The position numbers were made by a program, and so were the translations under genes. From NCBI RefSeq assembly GCF_964213995.1, contig NC_135822.1, positions 7,936,001-8,000,000 on the forward strand: a stretch of DNA of 64,000 bases. The letters are read 5' to 3'. This stretch comes from Mustelus asterias. Lineage: Eukaryota. The first letter of the stretch is position 1. Every line of letters starts with the position of its first letter. Positions 1-12,486 of this stretch are shown here, piece after piece. The notes under the pieces are model-generated. The model had not been told where the DNA came from. It was given only the letters and a program-made list of their open reading frames with translations, and searched no databases.

Positions 1-504
1 ATAGTTTATTTGTTGCATGTTGGAATGCAAGGCTAAACGAGTGTAACTGTTGTCATGAACCGAGTCTCATATCGCCACTGTTTCCTCTAGATTTATAACT
101 AAAACATTCAATTCTCTCGTTGCAATGAGCAAGTTCCCATCGAAACATACAATACGTGTTTTATAAAGTGCAAAGTACTTTCTTTAATGTAAAGTGAACT
201 GCTGCATAGCTACGCTGATGAATAATCTGTCAGGTCTAACATTATTGCACATATAGTAAGCTACCTGTGCAGTATATTTGATCTATTGTTCTAATTGAGT
301 CCATAGAGTCGAGATGGCTTAGCATTGCATTCATCTTTTAACTGTCCTATTCTGTACAAAATTGAACCTTGCATTTAATCAGCCCTGGTTGTCCATCTGT
401 GCCACCCACGGTTCTGGTTTGGGTGAAATGTGATGTTGCATGGTTAAAATATAAAGTTTCATGAACGTGTTAGTACCAGCTAGCTCCATGGCTACTCTGT
501 CTGC

Positions 505-702
505 TTTAACTGTCAGACTCAACTCAGTAGGAGCTCTCTTTCCTTTGAGATAGAAGTTCATGGATTGGACAATGCAGCCCAGAGAATTGAGTGTGCAATA
601 TAAACTGATACGTCAGACCAGTATTGAGGAAATGTTGAATTGTCAGAGGTGCCATATTTTGGATGGGATGTTAAAACATGACCAGCGTCTGTCTGTTGAG
701 GG
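505..702 (+). mobile_element. Deu-domain SINE (SacSINE1/AmnSINE1-like), degraded fragment
   Basis: cagtattgaggaaatgttgaattgtcagaggtgccatattttggatgggatgttaaa resembles the Deu core CAGTACTGAGGGAGTGCTGCACTGTCGGAGGTGCCGTCTTTCGGATGAGACGTTAAA. Confidence 0.7.
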
Positions 703-779
703 GTATCATAACTGACTAAAAATTTAACTTGTTAACTCTGGTACTCTGTGATGTGCAGCCCACATTCTGGCTCCTTCAA

Positions 780-1190
780 GCCATGCTACTATCTTCAGGG
801 TTTAAGTCAGGACTATGGTGGAAAACTCAACATGTACCTGGATGAGTGTGGTTGCAATGACAAGCTCTGTAAGACAGTGAAGTTGGCTTGATTAGAACTC
901 CAGGTAGTGGATTTAATATTCACTTGCTCCACCACCAGTGGGAAATGTTTGTAATGTGCAGTATCTACACTAGTTCAACAACAACCCCAGTGACCTCCGC
1001 CAGTAAACAATGCAAGGCAGCCATGTGGGATTTTGTCTTAATTGTCATCAGGTTGGTGCCTGGAATTTCCTACCTTGTGGGAGAGAGTTTCATCATAGCA
1101 AGAATTGTAACAGTTCAAGAAGGCCCTGGCACTTAAGGGCAACTCAGTGTAGGCCATAACTGCATCCTTTTCACTCTTGTGAACTTTTCA
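780..1190 (+). mobile_element. Old CR1/L2-group LINE 3' fragment
   Basis: Decayed ORF2 C-terminus (NIHLLHH...VMCSIY, cctggaatttcctacc) and tail ttaagggcaactcag; related to 34795-34980 and to the tail of 14062-14232. Confidence 0.55.
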
Positions 1191-1199
1191 GAAACAAAA

Positions 1200-1920
1200 T
1201 CTTAGAATGATTACGTTGCAGAGGAGGCTTTTTGGCCCATTGTGCCTGCACTGGCTCTCTGAATGAGCATTATAACTTAGTGCCATTTCCCTGCCTTTTC
1301 TCCGTGGCTCTGCATATTGTTTTTATTCAAATAATCATCTAATGCCCTCTTGAATGTCTGTGTTGAACCTGCCTCCACGATACATCCAGGCAGTGCATTC
1401 CAGACTTGAACCACTCACTGTGTGAAAAGATTTTCACATCACACTTGCTTCTTTTGCAAATCACTTTAAATCTGTGCCCTCTCATTGTTGATCCTTTTAC
1501 AAACAAGAACAGTTTCTCTCTATCTTGTCCAGCCATCTCATGATTTTGAACGCCTCTATCAAATCCCCTCTTCGGCTTCTCTCCAAGGAGAACAACCACA
1601 ACTTCTCCGCGTTATCTGCATACCTGAAATTTCTCATTCCTGGATCCATTCTGGGAAACCTCTTCTCCTGTCCAAGCACTTTCTAAATGCAGTGAGAATT
1701 TCTTCCTCTACCATCCTTTTAGGCAGTGTGCTCCAGACCCCCACTACAATCTGGGTGAAAATGTTACTTTTCAACTCCCCTCTGAGCCTTTTACCAATTA
1801 CTTGAAATATACATTTTCTGATTATTCATCTCCTTGCCAAGGGAAACAGGTCTTTCTTAGCCAGTCTATCTCGGCCCCTCAATTTTACACAACTCAGTTA
1901 AATTTTCCCTCAACCTCCTC
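1200..1920 (-). mobile_element. CR1 LINE 3' ends (two decayed fragments)
   Basis: Minus-strand RFPRMDPGMRNFRY...LFSLE..RRGDLIEAFKIM and TMRGHRFKVICKR match the CR1 ORF2 C-terminus; stem-loop tail near 1205-1260. Confidence 0.85.
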
Positions 1921-2469
1921 TTGAGAGAGGGAGCAATCAGCTTGAACTCATGGAACGTCCAAAGGAAGCATTTGGCGGGCACACTTCATTTGACTTTTTC
2001 TTGCTGGTAAGAGTTCATTTAATGATTCCGAAATCGTGAACTATACTTTTCACTCATCCTGTTGATTCCATGAGAACAGGGAAATGTGAAGTGCAGGAAG
2101 TATGGAGAGGAAGACTTTGTCATAGTGTGTCTATAGATGCACTGCATTTGAACTATGTTGGCAAATGTTTTTACATTTGGATTTATTTTTTATGGCAAGC
2201 ATATGTTTTTCTAAAGTTCTGATGGCAGATAACTATTACTGTCCGGAGTCGGACAGAAGGTCAGACTTGTATAATGCCTTAATTGCATATTGTCTATCAA
2301 ATGTAGTGCTTTGTATATTTGGAAACCCTAAGCCTTGTTTGAGGGAGGGGGGAAATCAGCTTGAATTGATAGAAAGTCTACAGGAAACATTTGGCAGACA
2401 CATATCATTTGGCTTTCTGTTGCTTTTAAAGATTCATTTAGCGATTCCAAAACCATGAACTATACTTTT
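1921..2469. repeat. Diverged ~130-bp direct repeat pair (1921-2050 and 2339-2469)
   Basis: 1935-2050 aligns ungapped to 2354-2469 with about 24 differences in 116 nt. Confidence 0.9.
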
Positions 2470-2661
2470 TTATTGGATAACTTAATGTGTAAATCTTACT
2501 AAATTTTGCTATTTCTTTGAAGTTGTGTTTGAATGGAGAAGAAATAAGAGCCAGGTTTTCATTTTTTTTCAACAACGAGGGTCAAGCAATGAGGCTGGAA
2601 ACATCTCCGTTCCCTTGAAACTTAAACCCTTCTTCCCTTGAAGTGACGTAACCGAGTCAGT

Positions 2662-2768
2662 AAGAAGTCTCACAACACCAGGTTAAAATCCAACAGATTT
2701 ATTTGGAATCACGAGCTTTCGGTGTTGTGAGACTTCTTACTGTACCCACCCCAGTCCAATCTCCACAT
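2662..2768. mobile_element. Penelope-like family B mini fold-back insertion (pLTR fragments)
   Basis: Inverted arms cagtaagaagtctcacaacac / gtgttgtgagacttcttactg plus a tail ending ctccacatc; TSD cgtaac(c/t)ga(g/a)tcagt at 2647-2661 and 2769-2783; same pLTR as 52151-53205. Confidence 0.85.
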
Positions 2769-4019
2769 CGTAACTGAATCAGTGTTGCATTTTGGCAGCT
2801 TATCTGTACTGTTGGTCAAGAATTGTGTTATTTTAACAGTACTTTTAATTGTTTTAAAAATCTTGTGATGTATTGCTGACTTTGCAGCTTATTAATGGCG
2901 TTCTGGAGGTATTTGGTAAATTTGCACAGAAAAAAAATCAAATTGTGGAAGGTATAAGTACTTGAAAGAAATTGTATGTTTGAATTTACGACTCAAAATC
3001 TTGCTGGTGTCAGTTGACAAAAGAAAGCATTGCTCATGTTAAAATAGTTTTGAATCATGGTTGCTTTAAATGACCTTATTAACTGGATTCTTGAGTGACC
3101 ATATTGGCTTTCATGCTGATTGGATACAGTTGGTGGTTGATCATGTTTGCATAATCTCTAAGTTGCTTTCTTGAAACTTGCCCGCATAACCTTGTTGAAT
3201 TTACCCAGTGAAGGTACAGAATATCTGAGGGATTCAGGGGCCATTGTTTATGTCTAGCTGGACTCCTGAGCTGTGTAGCTCAGTCATCCATGCACTCCTC
3301 TTTTATTTACCTACAATGGTCCACTGAGTGAGCCATCACCCTTCCTGTGTTCTTTCAAAGCTTGTTGATTCTCTTGAATCTTCCCCCCCCCCTTTTAATG
3401 TTCTAGCAGACTTCAGCGAGTTTTATAGACTGAGTTAAAATAGAACATAACTGTCTGATTTAATCAGTCACTAAACTATCTCTACTATTCTTGCTTATCT
3501 TTCATTCTCCGAGGCCGTCCCATAGCACAATGCCCACTGTTACTGCAAAACAGTTCAAACAAAAGGTGTTTTCATTCAGGAAAAGTAAAGTTTTATTGTT
3601 TCAGTTACAGAGACTGTTAAGTGTCTAGGATATTCAGCTGAGGCTGTCAGCTCCCCAGCTACATGCTTAGGCCTGTAGAATGCAGAGTACTTTGCTTGTA
3701 ACTGCACCCGTTGTCTCCTTTCATTATCTGTTAATGGTGCTCAACATGACAGGGTTGTGTGATAAATGGAAGCTGCAGTGAAACCCGGAGCTGGATTCTT
3801 TGTCACTGAAAGCAGTGTTTGTGCTTGCAGTGTAGCCACAGATACATGTAGTCACTTTTAACAAGACATTGTAGGATGCATATTAAATAACTTGCTCACA
3901 ACCACTAAACCGAAGCTCTTTAATAGAAAATTGTGTTGCGCTTTCAGCAAAGCCTGCGATGACTTTCTAATACATTGTTTGTTATTGGTCTCTGTGGAGG
4001 CACAATGTAATAAAGCAAA

Positions 4020-4480
4020 AGAAAGGACTTGCATTTAGATAGCACCTTCCAAAGTATTTCACAGCCAATTTTGAAATGTAGTCACATGTGAAACATAGGG
4101 AAGTGTAGCGGACAAAAAAGCAATGAGATACATGACCAGATAATCCTTTTTAGTGATATAGGTTGAACTCCGCTGGTTTACTTCAAATATTGCCATGGTA
4201 CCTTTTACATCCACCTGAGAGGTTAGATGTGTCTCGGTTTGACATTTCATCCACCTCTGACAATGCAGCACTCCCCCAGTACTGCACCGAGAGCACAAAG
4301 AACGCAAAACAGTTATTTGAGGAAGCAATGAAATGAAGACGCTGGCACTCATAGAATATTCAATCTGTAATGTGATAAATGCATTGATGCCAGCTTGGAT
4401 TTTGTGCTCAAGTCTCCAAACTGAGGTGCGAATCCAAGACTTTCTGACTCAAAGGAAGAGTGCTACCACCAAGCCAATTG
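4020..4480 (-). mobile_element. Deu-domain SINE (SacSINE1-like) with ~95-nt internal insertion
   Basis: Tail aaggacttgcatttagatagcacc, Deu core ctgacaatgcagcactcccccagtactgcac and tRNA-like head at 4420-4480. Confidence 0.8.
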
Positions 4481-4543
4481 CAGGCACTTTACCCACATGG
4501 ATAAATATATAGTACAGTATAACATGGATAAATACCTAACTCA

Positions 4544-4679
4544 AAAATAAAAGCAAAATACTGCGGATGCTGAAATCTGAAACAGTCGTCAGTTCTGATG
4601 AAGGGTCATCTAGACTCGAAACATGGGCTCTCTTCTCTCCCCACAGATGCTGAGATTTTCCAGCATTCTCTGTTTTTGT
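4544..4679 (+). mobile_element. Penelope-like family A mini element with hammerhead motif
   Basis: Perfect 15-bp TSD taaatacctaactca (4529-4543, 4680-4694); inverted tail followed by pLTR body. Confidence 0.88.
4590..4632 (+). ncRNA. Minimal type I hammerhead ribozyme motif (PLE family A), probably degenerate
   Basis: CTGATGA (4595-4601), stem II GGGTC/GACTC, GAAA (4618-4621); the stem III palindrome AACGTT is mutated to AACATG. Confidence 0.75.
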
Positions 4680-7600
4680 TAAATACCTAACTCATTTGCT
4701 GAGCGAATGTTATACTTGGATCAGAGTTTTATTAGCTGCAGATAAAAATAGCCAGATGGGTATATTTACGACATAAAACCGTTAAATAATGTATTTATAT
4801 TTGACACTATAAATAGAAAGTGTTAGTATTTTTCTTCCCACCCACTCAAAAATAGAGCATGGCATTAAATTGTTGCTATTCAGTCTGTAGAACAGTAAAT
4901 AATTGAAAGAAATGTCCTACTTGAAACAAATCTTATGCATTCAGGTGTTTGAAACTGAGTTATTGCATTTATTGGAATGTAGTAATCTTGCACGTTTTTA
5001 AAAAAAAAACATTGTTTCCCATGTGAATGCATTGCAGCATCATTCAGGCTTATTTACTTCAAAGATTGAAATTTTAAAATCATCTTCACTGGTGTAAAAG
5101 GGCCTTCACCTTCAATCGGTTGTTGTGTTGTTGCTATTTTATGTCTTGCTGGTGGGAAGTGACTTGAATTCAGTTCTTTGGAACGCAGGATCGATTTAAA
5201 AAAAAATATTAACTATTGAGTTTGTCACCTCTCTTTACAGTAAAGGGTTAATATGTAGTTGCAATTGATTTGTATAGCTCTGCTATTGTTGTGCCCAATT
5301 TACTAAAACACAGCTGCACAGCTGAATATGGCTGTTGCAGTGTTCGCCTGAAGAATATCGTCTAAAATCCCGCTTTTAAAATATATTGGCTCAAACAATG
5401 GGAAACGGCGTGGTTAGAAACAAAGTATATTAATGCTAATTTAGTCAAGTGGTTCTGTTTGCTGACCTGGTGAAAGGTTATTTAAAAACCCAACGCAAAC
5501 TACTTTGGAGCATTTCATGTTACCCTCTCTAGTGAGCTTCAATCATAGTCCTCAAGAATTAATGAACGCTTTGTTGTTGGGAATAATAGTATTCATTGCT
5601 GTTTTCTTATTCCCCATGTACATCCATAGTTGATTAGAAAAATTGTCTTTGATTAATTCACGGTTGAAAATGGCATGCCTGCTTCTGTGGTTTTGGGAAT
5701 TTGGGATTGATTTCATCTATGACAGGTGTGGAACACTTACAAAGACACTTGGTTATGGAGCTTATTTTCAAGCAGTGTTTTTCCCATGAGGCGCCTCTTA
5801 TTGAGAGGCTAATGTACAGTGTGTCTCAGCGCAGCAAGCTAAAGCTACGTGGTGTTCAATTTTTATTGATCTGTCATGCTTTCAGGACGAGAGAGGCATA
5901 ACTGTTGATAAGCTAGCCTGATAAAAATAATATTTTTGTCTTTCATTTATAGTCACGAATTTTGGTGACATATTTTAATTAACTGCCATCTAAATGCTTG
6001 CTTTGAGTTCTTTTACAGTCTAAGGCACAGAAACATTTCCTGGCCTGCTGCTTTGAATTGTCAAAAGACACTTGACAAACAGTTCTTTTTCCTGTCGATC
6101 CCTTTTTTGATCTGCTTGTGTTCATCGGAGCTGTGCATTTATATTCCATGCGATAGCTATGGATCTGAGATGCAGATGACTCTAGGGATACTGTCTCTAA
6201 TATCTTGCTTGCTGATGCATTTTCTGGCTGACCATGCCATTAAGAACAGTCATCAATCACAATCCAGCTCCTTTGTGTATTAGACTCCAGTCCTGGTTTT
6301 TCCTGGTGCTTGTTGTTGGAGGTTTGTTCTCCTTCACTGGTGTCTGGATAAAGAAGACTACGTCAGGCATGTGGAGTGTCTGCAGCACAGCTGAGCGTAG
6401 TGTGTGAAAGAAACCACAATCTGCACTGACTCCGGTAACCATTCAGCTCTGATTTCCTTTGCTGTACATGTACAACGGTGTGCTCTTTTTAACTTGGCAG
6501 CTCTGTCCTGGCCAAGCTTGACTGAGAAGCAAAGCAGCAGGCCTCTTTGTTAGCAAGTGCCTTCTCTCCATGGGCTGTGGCTGTTAACGGATACAGCAGC
6601 GCTGACATTGTTTAGCCTGGTTGTTGGATTAGGCCCAGGCCACGGAGAAGGTCCACTGGGGTCAGCTGAACAGCTGCTAGAATTGCGGTAAAGTTGTTGC
6701 TGTCTCCTCCAGGAATTCTGAAGATTAACAGATTGTACAGACTAGGCTGAGAGGAAGGGCTGGCATGAAAAAAATGAAAGCTGAAACAAAAACCTTTTCC
6801 TTTCAGTTATCTCTTTTATCACTATTTTTCTAATGTGGCAGAACTTGTGTGGGAGTGTCTGAAAGTGGAATGCCTTTTATGTTTTTGTCTGGTAACTGTA
6901 CAAAGTATGTGATTAGCTTTTCATCATGTGTTTACACAATGCCTTAGATCTAGCAAACACTGACCACTAAAGTAGGACCTGCTTGACCTGTTAATGTATA
7001 AGGTTTGTTTTGTGGAGAAATCCAAAAGCTTTATTGCCTTTGTCTCATTATCATCTCCATGCTACTGTGTTGCACATGTGTCTCCGATCACCTCGGAGCA
7101 CAGCGTGCCTAGTCAGCCACCCAGCAGTCTTAATTATACACAAAGAGAAAATTAAAAAGACAAAAAAAGTGTTTAATACACATACACACACAAAAAAACA
7201 CTACTCTGGAACTGTTGATAGAAAAGCTTCCGAAACCTAGAGTACTTGAGTGATTATTGTACTTTGGCAATTGGTGCTTGGCAGGCAGCTCCAGGAATGT
7301 CATTCGATCTGACTGCATGATAGAATTGGCTAGGATTACATTAGTATTTTCTATGGCTGTTGAAAGTGATGCATCAGCGAGTGGTCTTCAGTAACAAATT
7401 TTAATGACTTGGTGTGTTTGTTTTAGTGGGTTTATGCATTAGTGTGTTTGCTTGAGTTTTGTTTCATGTTTCTGAGCTTCAACTCTTCATTCAATGTGTC
7501 TGAGATTACAGCAAGCAGGATCTGAATATACAGTGCACAATTTCCTCTGTTATCTTTGTTTCCTTATTCCCCAGTGACCAGAACAAAATACCACAATACG

Positions 7601-8920
7601 ACTACAATGGCAAGCTCCTAATTACTGCTGTAAAATGAATTTTGTCTGTATTGGTTGAGTACACTGTAAAACATCTTGCACTATTTACGTCTTTTTTTCT
7701 GTTTTGATGTGTTGCACTGTTATGTTTACAACAGCTGTGCTATTGTCCACAGGAAGCAGAGATCAGAAAGAATTTGTGTAAATTTGACAAATGGATTTAT
7801 AGCACCAACGTGCACTATGCTTGGAAACAACATATTCTTTGAATTCTGGAACCAATTCATCCATATCTCACAAGCTGTAACTTTTATCTTTTTATACTAC
7901 GTGCAGCAAATGCAAGTGTGGGAAGAAATGTGAATTGTACATACAATACTCTGATTTGTTGTACATTTAGGGGAGACAGTGTTTCAATGAACAAACACTT
8001 AAAACATAAAACTACTTGTGTTATCTCCTTTAAATTCTGCATTTTTAAATTGGGGTACTCAAGTATCATCAATACTTCTGATATTTTAATGAAATAAAAA
8101 TCTCTCAGTTCCTTACATTTCTGTTAATTCCACTTTTTTTGCAACATGTATAGCAAGGGAGGTAACAGAGAATTGTTTCAAAAGGAGAATCTAAATGAAA
8201 CTATTTTTGACACTGATTATTCAGTGTTAATCTTGACCTGCAGAGTTCTCATTGGGGGCTGTTAATAGCAGTACAATGCTGCAGCTTTAAAGTGTAGCAC
8301 CTTTTAAGGCTGCTTTTAGCTCCATGATTAATAATTTCACAACAAGGGATACTTCTGGCAATGCAATGAAGTTTTAGGAAAAGTAATTTGTGGGCTTTTA
8401 CAGCATCCACAGTTTTGGTTGTAAATATAGCGCCTTCTGAAATGGGGGTCATGGTCATGCCAGCTATTGTGTCAGTGAACGACAAATGGGATGAATCATC
8501 CATTTTACAGTGGCAGTTAAAAGATCATTTCATTACTCGTTCTTCAAATGAATTAATGCTAAACTTTTGTTATTATAAGCTTATAAATGACTTCAAAGCT
8601 CTTTGTTTAACTTGTACGTGAACTGCATTTTAAAGGCTTAAAATAATAGATTCTGGGATAACATGGGCCTGGACCAATTTAAATTTAGTTGAACCAGGCA
8701 GATGCTTTTTGCCATTTAAAGACTAGACCTATTTTAAAGCACAATTGCCCAAAATGTCACTGATCTCATGAGATCACATTCATGAGTCAACAAGCCTGAA
8801 GTAACCCAAGTCAGTAAGCTGAAGTAACGATGGTGGAAAATGGATCAAAGTGCAAATGATTTCATTTAAACCTGGAAAATGAATCAAAACAATATTTAAC
8901 TGAGCCATGAGCACCTAACT

Positions 8921-8968
8921 AGTTCTTACTGTGTTTACCCCAGTCCAAAGTCGACATCTCCACATCAT
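8921..8968 (+). mobile_element. Penelope-like family B tail-only insertion (48 bp)
   Basis: ttcttactgtgtttaccccagtccaa...catctccacatcat flanked by c(a/c)cctaact. Confidence 0.8.
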
Positions 8969-11229
8969 CCCCTAACTTGGAAGCAGTTAAGGTGCGTGGC
9001 TGTATTTCTAGCAGTTTTCAAAGCAGCCTAATTTCTCAGAGCAGTTTGTTAAATACACCCTGTTGAAACACCATAAATGTTGACCACCAGACGTAAGTTG
9101 TGAGTAATGTGCACATTGTATCTGCAGAATGGCTCCTTTTCGGGCAAACTTTTCATGATTTGTGGTGCTAAGTAAGATCAGTGAAGCATTAGTGTCATCA
9201 CCAGCTTCACGGTGCACAATCTGCTTGTAGTTCCAACAAAGTCCATAATGCAAGTGGCAAGGTTTCAAACATTTCTTTTTGGCCTTTACAAATATTATCA
9301 AACTGAGTCTTTGACCCCAAGAGGATCTGTTTTGAACGTGCAAGTTTAATTTCTTTTAACCTATTTGTATATAATTAAAGAATAGCACAACAGCCCTGGC
9401 ATTTGATAACCCAGAATGAGGCATGTTCTTGTGTAGAATTAGAGGAGTTGTGGGGTATTCTATTCTAGAATTGAATTACTTTAAGGCTTATGCACTGATT
9501 TGAGTGCACTTACAAAAGAAAATATTCCGGTGCTTTAGATAAAACATGATTTCAATTTTATTACAACAGTAATTTTTTCCATATTGGTTGAGATCACTTG
9601 GCATGACATGTTGATGCGAATTCTTTGTGTTGCTTCAGTTATGACATTTAAACTGCAGTAAGGTAAAATTCACTTTCTGAAGAGGTGACATTTGAAGAAG
9701 TGAATGGTAAAAAAAAAATTATTCTAGAAACTTAAACCTCGCTGTCACTCTTATAAATATTTGAATGCCGGTTGAAATGTTTTCTACATACAATACTTGG
9801 TGTAGAGAAATGATATTTATCAAATAGACTGATGTAAAGTTTAGGTCAGAGCTGTTAGTGTGGCAAGTGGGTAAGTAGTTTACCTCCATATATAACAATA
9901 GAAAAGGAAGTGAAGGTTGTAAAATTTATACCAGCCTCACGGGAATCTGTAAATGTGTTTGTTTTTTTTAGTGCTATACTATATGCCATGGTACACAAGT
10001 GAAAATTTCTGCAATAATGTTGACTGTAAGTCCTGAGTTTGAAGAAAAACAAATGTTGTGACCTTTTAAACCTGTTCCAAGCAAAGTATGTCTCATTTTA
10101 TGAAGGCATTTATAATAAAAATTGAGGAAATAATATTCACCAAAGGATGCTAAACCAGCCCAATTTAAACCATGGAGGACTGTTCTAGACATAAGCCATA
10201 AAAATGAATGTTTATCCATTTTAGATTTTATTTATGTGAAATATAATATCTGAAAAGAATTGCTGGCAGTCTGTGGTTTTTGAAATCATTTGACTCTTAC
10301 AGATGCCAGGTTAAGATAGAATACTGGTGTTTTGAACTTTTAAAATAATTAAGAAGTGTAAAAAGTATTAAGACATGCACTGGTTTTTGGAATGAAAGGT
10401 AAAATTAGAAAGTACTTTGTTCCAAGATTATGTGATGTGGATACAGGGAAATAATCATGTGATTGTTTGTTTGGTCTCATGATTGAGTAACTAACATCCA
10501 TTTTGAAAACCAAACTATTCAAATTTAAATTAAACCCAGGAATTGGGTTCAAATTTAAATTGAACCCAGGTAAACTGTAGCAATTTTTCTTCTGTCACTA
10601 CACATGTGATGCCCATAGTTTTGATATAGGTTTTGGGAAAGATTCAGACATTTGTATATCGTGAACATTATAATTAAATAAGCAGTTCAGATTCAAACAT
10701 CACTCATGGAATGAGCGTTCCCAGAAATCTGAAGCTGTGATTGCAAACTTTGTGTTCAGTAAACAAACATTTTAATTTTTATTTCAGGAACAATGCCATT
10801 GGATTTTAATCTGCTCGTTACTTTTAGGAAATTAATTATTTTCCTCAAATGAAAGCAGAGGATAGTAAATTCATTTTTGGTAAAGTAAAATTTCAAATTC
10901 ATTTAAGAACTTCGTGCAGGTTTCATTTTTTCAAACAGTGATTGAAATTTTATGTTCTTTTTTCTGCTTTGGTGTAAAGAAGGAATTAATAAACTTTTTG
11001 TGGCAGTAAACCTCCGCTTTCAACAATCTTATTGGACCACTTCAGATACTAATTTCAGTGACTGTTGAGGTCTCAAAATGTCTGAAAGTTATGACGCACC
11101 AAATGGGGAGCTTCTAAAATGTTGAGATGTTACGTTTTTCTGTTCCTTTGATATTGGCCTGTAATCTTAACTCCAAAGTGCAGATTAGAGTGCTGATTGA
11201 GGGCATGTGGGTTGCTATAATAGTTGAAT

Positions 11230-11590
11230 TGAACTGATTTGATTTGATTTATTATTGTCACGTGTATTAACATACAGTGAAAAATATTGTTTCTTGCGTG
11301 CAATACAGACAAAGCATACCGTTCATAGAGAAGGAAAGGAGAGAGTGCAGAATGTAGTGTTACAGTCATAGCTAGGGTGTAGAGAAAGATCAACTTAATG
11401 GAAGGTAAGTCCATTCAAAAGTCTGACAGCAGCAGGGAAGAAGCTGTTCTTGAGTCGGTTGGTGCATGACTTCAGACTATTGTATCTTTTTCCTGATGGA
11501 AGAAGGTGGAAGAGAGAACGTCCGGGGTGCGTGGGGTCCTTAATTCTTTGCCGAGGCAGCGAGAAGTGTAGACATGGATGGGAGGCTGTT
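11230..11590 (-). mobile_element. Rex1/Babar LINE 3' end
   Basis: Minus strand encodes IKDPTHPGRSLFHLLPSGKRY..LK..TNRLKNSFFPAAVRLLN; (TCAAA)n tail. Confidence 0.85.
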
Positions 11591-11974
11591 AACTGTTTGT
11601 CTTAGAATTTAAATAAATAGTTATTTTGGAAGAAACCTCCAAGGTGCAAAACTCCCATGTTATACAGAGAAAGCTCCTTCAACATCATCTTGCCACTAGT
11701 TATTTCACCTACATGAAAAAAAACCATCATTTTGGAAGTATATGTTTATGATACGTGGATGGTCATTGATTACTTCTTAATTTCTCGTGCAATACTGGAT
11801 TTCCACTGCTGGCTAAAATGAATTGGAAAAACTGCGGCAATCAGTGTACAAATGTTTGGTTTTCAAATATTGGACAATTCTATCCAGCTCAAATTTGCAA
11901 CTGATTTGAAAATGGATTTTTTTGCATTGCTGGACAGGAAAAGCTCACATTCCACTTTGTACAATAACAGGCTG

Positions 11975-12172
11975 TATCAGACAGTTTGAAGAAAAACTTT
12001 GCACAGATGGTCGTTAAGATCTAGAATATATTAAGAGCAATTGGATGTTGGACAGGTATTTGAAGAGGACTAATTTGCAGGGTTATGTGGAAAACATTGG
12101 CGTACGGGACTAATTTGAAGAGCCGATGAATGGCCTTCATCTGTGCTGTAAAAACCTAGTATTCTACGATTA
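11975..12172 (+). mobile_element. Old CR1 3' tail
   Basis: tttgcacagatggtcgttaagatctagaat...gaatggccttcatctgtgctgta...attctacgatt. Confidence 0.6.
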
Positions 12173-12486
12173 TTCTTGTGGCAAAAAGACTGTTAACTAT
12201 CCTTCTGTGTTACAAGGCATTTAATCACTGCCTTTGGATAAATGAAGAATTGCTGCCTAGAAGGCTAAAATAGATGTGAATTTGTGTGAGGAGTTGGATA
12301 CTGTCCTGCTTTCAAATTAAATTTGTTTGGAGTTTTTATTTAAGGAATGTTCAATTATAATGGTATTTTGTACAATTTGAACCTCAAACATTAGGCTCAA
12401 TTTGTGTCAAGTTTGCATTATTGTCATAAGAAAAGGTTACCATGCCACTTCTCCCTTGAAGTAATAATTCAGCCGGTGTTGGAATA

